Below are positions 50,966 through 55,118 of a stretch of 55,118 nucleotides of DNA, one piece after another. Below the pieces are notes generated by a model. That model saw nothing but the letters and a program-made list of their open reading frames with translations, was not told the origin of the DNA and did no database searches. Position 1 is the stretch's first letter, and each line of letters begins with the position of its first letter. The stretch is from Girardia tigrina (lineage: Eukaryota), in contig MQRK01137262.1 of NCBI GenBank assembly GCA_001938485.1, positions 1 through 55,118 of the forward strand, written 5' to 3'. The position numbers were made by a program, and so were the translations under genes.

Positions 50966-53900
50966 TATAATTTTGATTAAATTAAATTTAACTTTTTTTG
51001 TAAATAAAATTTTCTTTTAAAAAATAAAAGAAAATATTTAACTAGAAATTTATTTAAAAAAAACGAAACCGAACAATTACCAACACAGGGAATTAACCAT
51101 TAAACCGCCGAAACCCGAAATAACCGGTTTCAGGTACTTTTTATCAGACTGCCAGAACCGACTACGCGTAGAGACTACTAAGGTGCTTTTTGCTAAAATT
51201 ATAACGTTTGCAAAATTTCTCGTTCTTTTTCCAAGTTATGAGTTTTTCTAACGCAATTTCTTAAAAAGTATTTGGTTTCTGTGTTGCATTAACTCCCTAG
51301 GTATGCAATGGTTTAAAAGTTAAAAAGTTCCACAAAACAGAATCAATAACATAAATACTAAGGGAAATTTCTCATTCTATTTTAAATACAATCTTAGTGG
51401 TAACATCCAGAGGCAACAAAATATAGAGTATATAATTTATCCCTTAGGTGGATGAAAGACTTTTTAGTATAACAATCTTATTTTATGTAGACCATAAAAT
51501 CTAAAAATTATATAATCGTGAACCTAACCATTACATAGATTTTTTATATTTGATATTCATAAAACCGAAGAACAATACTGCTTTCAAAACTAATGTTCAA
51601 AGATTTAAATGAAGTTAATCATTATTTTATTAAATTAAGTAGATGTGTGATAAAGAGTTTCAATTGCAGTTACATATAATTTATTAATTTAAATCAATAT
51701 AAAAATGTTTATATTTATTATTAACAAGCATGTTCTACATCCAAAACAGTAATCAAAGGAAAACACATGAAAGTGTTATAATCTTTGGTCTTTTCGGTGA
51801 CTATTTAAATGTTGAACGACCCCAATCGTAAAACCGCGACACACTTTGAAAATCTTGTGTCTCCTCACATTTATAATTTGAGAACATTTATATAATAATT
51901 GAAGAATATTAAACAATTTAATTTTTACATATATGATTTTTATAAGGAAGAATAATTGATAATAAAATTTAGTAAAACTATTAAAAGTTATAAATAATAC
52001 AGAACGAAAACATTGGTCTTAGAAACACTTGCTGCAATTTGTCTAATTGTGAATGGTCTCCAAAAAGTTCTTTCTGCTTTCGACTATTTCAAAGAAATTA
52101 CCAGTGAAAATAGACGATTCGAAACATTAATAACTTATTTTCGTGACCACGAAACTTTCAAGGTTGATGATTACAATATTGATTTCATGGTAAAATTTTA
52201 AGTTTTTGTTGGAGATGATTTTTAATATATTTTAAGGTGTCATGTACTCAGTTTATTAATATAGTCGTCCATTCGGGAGAAGATATTAATCTACGTGTCT
52301 ATTTACAACAAGAGTTTACCTTGTTAGGTTTAGACGAATTTTATAAGGTATCATTTTTGGAAATACAATACTACTTTAAATATTTAATGTTAGAAACTTG
52401 AAGAACGTTCTGGCGACAGACTTAAAAAACAAGTTGAAGCATATCATGGTAACCGAGTTGATGTAGCTCTCTTACTTGAGGATGCAGATGCCAAAGAAAC
52501 TTTACTCCTAGAAGTTGAAAAATTGGAACAAGAATTATATTCAACAGAAGAAAATTATCAAAATAGAATAGTCAAATTAGAAAATGAATTGGCTGAACTA
52601 CTACAAACTAATCAGACTTTAAAAGTTTATTATATATTATTAATTAATCTTTTAATATATTATTCATTTTAAGACTGAAAAAGAAGAACAATACAATGAA
52701 TATATGACATTAAAGCAAACAATGTCCAATTCCGCACCTCAAACTGATAGAGAGAAAGATCTACAAAATCAGATCAATACATTGGAAAGAGTTTTAAAAG
52801 AGAAAAACATTTCATATGAATTACCTTCTAATACGACAATTATTCCACCCCCACCATCAGCTCCATCTCTTCCTCCGCCGCCTCCTATTGCTCCACCTCC
52901 ACCTATGGCACCACCTCTTATAGGAGCCCCGCCTCCTCCAGGCCAACCACCAGGTGCTTTCAAATTGGGAACAGGTGTAACAAATACTCAGAGTAAGTTT
53001 TTATTAAATAATTATTTCATTACGGATTTGTAATATTAGTTGTTATTTTTATTAATTTTAACAGACAGTAATAATAGCATTTTTCCTGTATATTTATTGT
53101 GTTTTTTCTCATCAATCTATAAAAATTTGTTAAAAATAATCACAGATTCGAACAATCTGTGGTTCATTCTAATTAAAATGTTATACTCAGTGTCAATCAA
53201 ATAGACTTTGGAAGTGAATTTTAATTTTCCCTCTAAAGATATTGTAATTTTGTGAGCTTTTTCAAACATACTTCTAATTTAGAAAATCGTTAACCCCGAA
53301 GTTGAGTGTGAGACTTGAATATTAATTTTCAAAAAAAAGGATCTTATAATCAAGTATTTCATGTCACTCTCTCATAATATGAAATCTCTAATGTATAATT
53401 ATCGTTGAAATAATTTATTTTTCTTTTGTAAGTGAAATTATGTGCGACAATACTGTCTTCATTGTCAAATCGTCTATGCTCTTCGAAAGAAAGGGGTTCA
53501 ATGTGTATGAATATATTTATCATGTATATGAATAACAGTTTTCAAAGAATAATGATTTGAAAGTTTTAAAACATTTCAGATAAGGTATTGATAAAATAAT
53601 AGTTGATTTATATATTATTAAAATAATAATAATTTTTTAAAATAGAACATATCATTATACCATGAACCGCCTTTTTCTCAAATTTTTAAGACATTGTGAA
53701 TAGTTTCATAAATGTTTTAATATTTTTTTTATTATTTAGCCCAATCAATCAGACCTCCCATTCAAACCAAATACAAATTACCGATGTTTAATTGGACAGT
53801 ATTAAAAAATCAGCAGTTAAAGGGCACCTGTTTCGTTTCAATGAACGATGAAGTTCTTTATAAAAACTTAGACTTTGAAACATTTGAAGATATTTTCAAA

Positions 53901-54016
53901 TTGAACTCGGTCAGCGAAACACTACAGAACGGATTGGATCACAACGATTTTGCCAGTGAAAAAGGCAACAAGAAGAAACCAGAAAAGAAAACTTTATTAG
54001 ATGCAAACAAACACAG
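19980..54016 (+). CDS. FMNL: Formin-like protein (FMNL/FRL subfamily), spliced gene, 3'-incomplete in window
   Basis: Phase-consistent GT-AG splicing of 19980-20180, 20251-20331, 20392-20471, 25959-26039, (26141/26156-26182), 31197-31395, 40737-40813, 52003-52189, 52237-52347, 52394-52624, 52674-52992 and 53740-54016 gives FMNL motifs [45 protein letters not shown], a poly-Pro FH1 and the FH2 start [11 protein letters not shown]. Confidence 0.93.
20251..20331 (+). CDS. FMNL: FMNL exon 2
   Basis: AAG acceptor; [19 protein letters not shown]...; donor GTAATC. Confidence 0.75.
20392..20471 (+). CDS. FMNL: FMNL exon 3 (GBD)
   Basis: TTTACAG acceptor; [14 protein letters not shown]; phase-2 donor GTAATT. 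Confidence 0.85.
20580..20900. repeat. Old tandem duplication (~130 bp copies at ~20580 and ~20767)
   Basis: Both copies begin CTTRAGAAAGTWATTCTAGAA..TTTCGA and stay colinear. Confidence 0.6.
21840..22048. repeat. Near-perfect 209-bp palindrome (104-bp arms, 1-nt centre at 21944)
   Basis: The arms are reverse complements with only a few mismatches. Confidence 0.95.
22060..22830 (+). mobile_element. Gypsy RT/RNase H fragment (decayed)
   Basis: + strand translation [11 protein letters not shown]...SGYIDDVLI...FGLESKP. Confidence 0.7.
23292..24637 (-). mobile_element. Full-length mariner transposon (1346 bp); transposase 24482-23433 with one premature stop
   Basis: TIRs TTGGATTGTTGCATAAGTTCCCG; TA TSD; WVPHEL, TGDEKW, HDNARPH and YSPDLAP motifs. 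The frame continues after the stop at 23523 ([20 protein letters not shown]). Confidence 0.95.
24897..25241 (-). mobile_element. Non-autonomous Helitron
   Basis: Minus strand reads A|TCTTTATAATA...CGCCAGACCTGGCG hairpin...CTAG|T, i.e. 5' TC, subterminal hairpin, 3' CTAG and AT target. Confidence 0.75.
25959..26039 (+). CDS. FMNL: FMNL exon 4
   Basis: TTATTAG acceptor; [18 protein letters not shown] matches FMNL WVxEFLN..GLDVLVEYL. Confidence 0.88.
26156..26182 (+). CDS. FMNL: Candidate FMNL microexon (27 nt; 42 nt if the 26140 acceptor is used)
   Basis: CAG acceptor, perfect GTAAGT donor, symmetric phase 2-2, open frame FPLTESAE. Confidence 0.55.
27554..27595. repeat. (TA)n microsatellite
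   Basis: Visible. Confidence 0.95.
28598..28998 (-). mobile_element. Solo/partial LTR, family D (second copy)
   Basis: Reverse complement of 1354-1762; ends CTTAACA on the minus strand. Confidence 0.6.
29083..29280. mobile_element. piggyBac-like MITE
   Basis: TTAA-CCTTTTCCTGCCA ... TGGCAGTAATAGGG-TTAT imperfect TIRs with a TTAA-type target. Confidence 0.5.
30160..30310 (-). mobile_element. hAT (GTF2IRD2/Charlie-like) dimerization-domain remnant
   Basis: [14 protein letters not shown] resembles MFGSTYxCEQLFSxMK. Confidence 0.5.
31197..31395 (+). CDS. FMNL: FMNL exon 5
   Basis: TTATAG acceptor; ...[15 protein letters not shown]; donor GTGAGA. Confidence 0.88.
32531..33465 (-). mobile_element. 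rosa-family (DD41D) Tc1/mariner element, internally deleted
   Basis: TIRs AAGGGTGGGC(A/C)A(A/C)AGTAACTACACAATTTATT; TA TSD; [14 protein letters not shown] and [12 protein letters not shown], with 41 residues between the 2nd and 3rd Asp. Confidence 0.9.
36816..38282 (+). mobile_element. Tigger/pogo element, decayed and internally deleted
   Basis: TA-CAGTAAGTC..GACTTACGC / GCGTAAGTTGAGGACTTACT ends; DDE_1 motifs [34 protein letters not shown]. Confidence 0.9.
39340..39990 (+). mobile_element. hAT (EPM2AIP1/GTF2IRD2-like) remnant
   Basis: [41 protein letters not shown] dimerization motif; GCGGCTC/GTGGCTC subterminal repeats on both sides. Confidence 0.75.
40737..40813 (+). CDS. FMNL: FMNL exon 6
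   Basis: TTTCAG acceptor; [25 protein letters not shown]; donor GTAAGA. Confidence 0.88.
46256..46313 (+). ncRNA. Degenerate type I hammerhead ribozyme in PLE pseudo-LTR
   Basis: CTGAACA-T-GCC(GAAAT)GGT-GAAAC-GCATAT-GTA...TGAATAAA. The core CUGANGA has a G>C change. The position downstream of GIY-YIG is the known PLE hammerhead site. Confidence 0.55.
46326..46357. repeat. (TA)n microsatellite
   Basis: Visible. Confidence 0.95.
47192..47530 (-). mobile_element. Solo/partial LTR, family B (second copy)
   Basis: Homolog of 6050-6390. Confidence 0.55.
50021..50113 (+). ncRNA. tRNA-like Pol III unit (atypical tRNA/pseudo-tRNA/SINE head)
   Basis: A-box-like CAGCGCAGTGG (50026), iMet-like D arm GCGC-AGTGGAA-GC, T-arm-like AAGTG-TTCGAT-CACCT, 5' GGCAG pairing with 3' TTGTC, and a TTTTT terminator at 50109-50113. 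Confidence 0.45.
50273..50746 (-). CDS. Intronless orphan ORF (157 aa) antisense within FMNL intron
   Basis: Uninterrupted ATG-to-TGA ORF with globular-looking composition in otherwise stop-dense AT-rich DNA. No family recognised. Confidence 0.45.
   Translation of the reverse strand: MPFDYIFNVDYFVKTFENNHVKIINRRLYIKICEDIHDKWYEFMRIIQSCRNSMGTKSWEIITNKHGVKPTIGVHESDSDSRLQRYDVYVTSGVHGECAPISVMVELNCTTFDHDLNSILGKLFQPDYFIGGSSSCSNDCERKIKCSDIPKSVGAFG
50882..50967. repeat. Interrupted (TA)n microsatellite
   Basis: Visible. Confidence 0.9.
51093..51323. mobile_element. piggyBac-like MITE
   Basis: TTAA-CCATTAAACC ... GGTTTAAAAG-TTAA imperfect TIRs with a TTAA target. Confidence 0.5.
52003..52189 (+). CDS. 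FMNL: FMNL exon 7 (FH3)
   Basis: [31 protein letters not shown]...NIDFM. Confidence 0.92.
52237..52347 (+). CDS. FMNL: FMNL exon 8 (FH3)
   Basis: [35 protein letters not shown]. Confidence 0.92.
52394..52624 (+). CDS. FMNL: FMNL exon 9 (end of FH3/coiled coil)
   Basis: [22 protein letters not shown] followed by heptad-rich sequence; 77 codons. Confidence 0.9.
52674..52992 (+). CDS. FMNL: FMNL exon 10 (coiled coil + FH1 poly-proline)
   Basis: [33 protein letters not shown]; donor GTAAGT. Confidence 0.9.
53740..54016 (+). CDS. FMNL: FMNL exon 11 (start of FH2)
   Basis: [20 protein letters not shown]...[11 protein letters not shown]...TLLDANKH; donor GTAAAA. Confidence 0.92.
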
Positions 54017-54571
54017 GTAAAATAAAAAAACTGTTTATTTAATAATCTAAATTATTTCTTTTGATTTGTAAATTTTGGATCATTAAGAGTTACAAACTAA
54101 CATTTTGATCGGATTATTATTTATTTATGTAAATCATACAAATAAGGATTATATATTTATTTTTAGTTCAACAACTTGTGATATCACATTGTTAAGATAT
54201 TGATGGAATTTCGATCTTACCGATACATCCTTTACTAGATTCAAATCTCGATATCATTGTTTTATAAGAAAGCTCATGGATTATTTTTCATTGCAAATTG
54301 AAACTAAAGAATAGAAACAAATGAAACACTAAATTCTTGTCAATCAAATCTTGTTAAATGATGTCCCATTTGAGTTGAAAAGGTGATCTACAGATGTAAT
54401 TATTATAATAATTTGTATTAGTTATTCTTTACAGAAACAATAATTTCTTTCCAGCAACCTTTTCTATCTTGTCAATTAATGGCAACTAAGATTTATCGCT
54501 TTTATCTGAATTATCTTCTTTTCTTAAGAAACGATTATTTGGCGGAAGCGATATTATTTAAGGGGTTCCGT

Positions 54572-54953
54572 GACAATTCGACACAAGACAATTCGACACA
54601 CGACAATTCGACACAGACAATTCGACACAAGACAATTCGACACAAGACAATTCGACACAAGACAATTCGACACACGACAATTCGACACAGACAATTCGAC
54701 ACAAGACAATTCGACACGTACAATTCGACACACGTACAATTCGACACACGTATAATTCGACACAGACCATTCGACACAAGACAATTCGACACAGGCAATT
54801 TGACACAAGACAATTCGACACAAGACAATTCGACACACGACAATTCGACACACGACAATTCGACACAGACAATTCGACACAGACAATTCGACACAGACAA
54901 TTCGACACGTACAATTCGACACGTACAATTCGACACACGTATAATTCGACACA
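54572..54953. repeat. 26 x 14-16 bp tandem array (GACAATTCGACAC core), probably the subterminal array of a DNA transposon
   Basis: Units counted by eye. The array starts just after TTAAGGGGTTCCGT, and scattered AATTCGAC copies trail off to the right. Confidence 0.9.
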
Positions 54954-55118
54954 AATTTTTTAATTCAACACTTTTAATTCGACCAATAACTAAAATGAAA
55001 TGTTTTCATTATTACTACACATTTTTTGAAACTCGACATTTTCAATAACTATATTTTTGGTTAGACTAATGAGTTTTTCTGTATTTAATATGAAAAAAAT
55101 CAATTTTTATTAAAAAAA

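Noticed and set aside
52769-52963. Gly-rich minus-strand ORF
   Set aside because: Antisense shadow of the FH1 poly-proline exon.
54572-54953. CRISPR-like array and the five overlapping ORFs across it
   Set aside because: Units are contiguous with only 1-3 nt linkers, there are no unique spacers or cas genes, and the context is a eukaryotic intron. The ORFs are by-products of a stop-free repeat.

Overview
Very AT-rich eukaryotic (metazoan) genomic DNA. The mix of 46-70 nt introns and multi-kb introns, together with the transposon content, is compatible with a planarian/flatworm-like genome, but that is inference only. The main host gene is a + strand FMNL/FRL-type formin that I could splice by hand from 19980 to >54016. 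It has 11 clear exons plus a candidate microexon, encodes GBD/FH3, coiled coil, FH1 and the start of FH2, and runs off the window. Everything else is mostly decayed or nested transposons: Gypsy LTR elements and solo LTRs, mariner, rosa (DD41D), Tigger/pogo, several hAT lineages, Penelope-like, Helitron and piggyBac-like MITEs. There is also a DPM1 gene fragment, an orphan terminal exon, an intronless orphan ORF next to a tRNA-like Pol III unit, and a 209-bp palindrome. The most striking pattern involves eight LTR 3' ends from four different families. All carry a short ORF (or its decayed remnant) inside the LTR that ends ...AAY-A, so that the last LTR base plus the TG of the PBS makes an in-frame ATG leading into gag. 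In three families the ORF is preceded within 2-7 nt by a YAG splice-acceptor-like site, and paired copies show synonymous-biased divergence.
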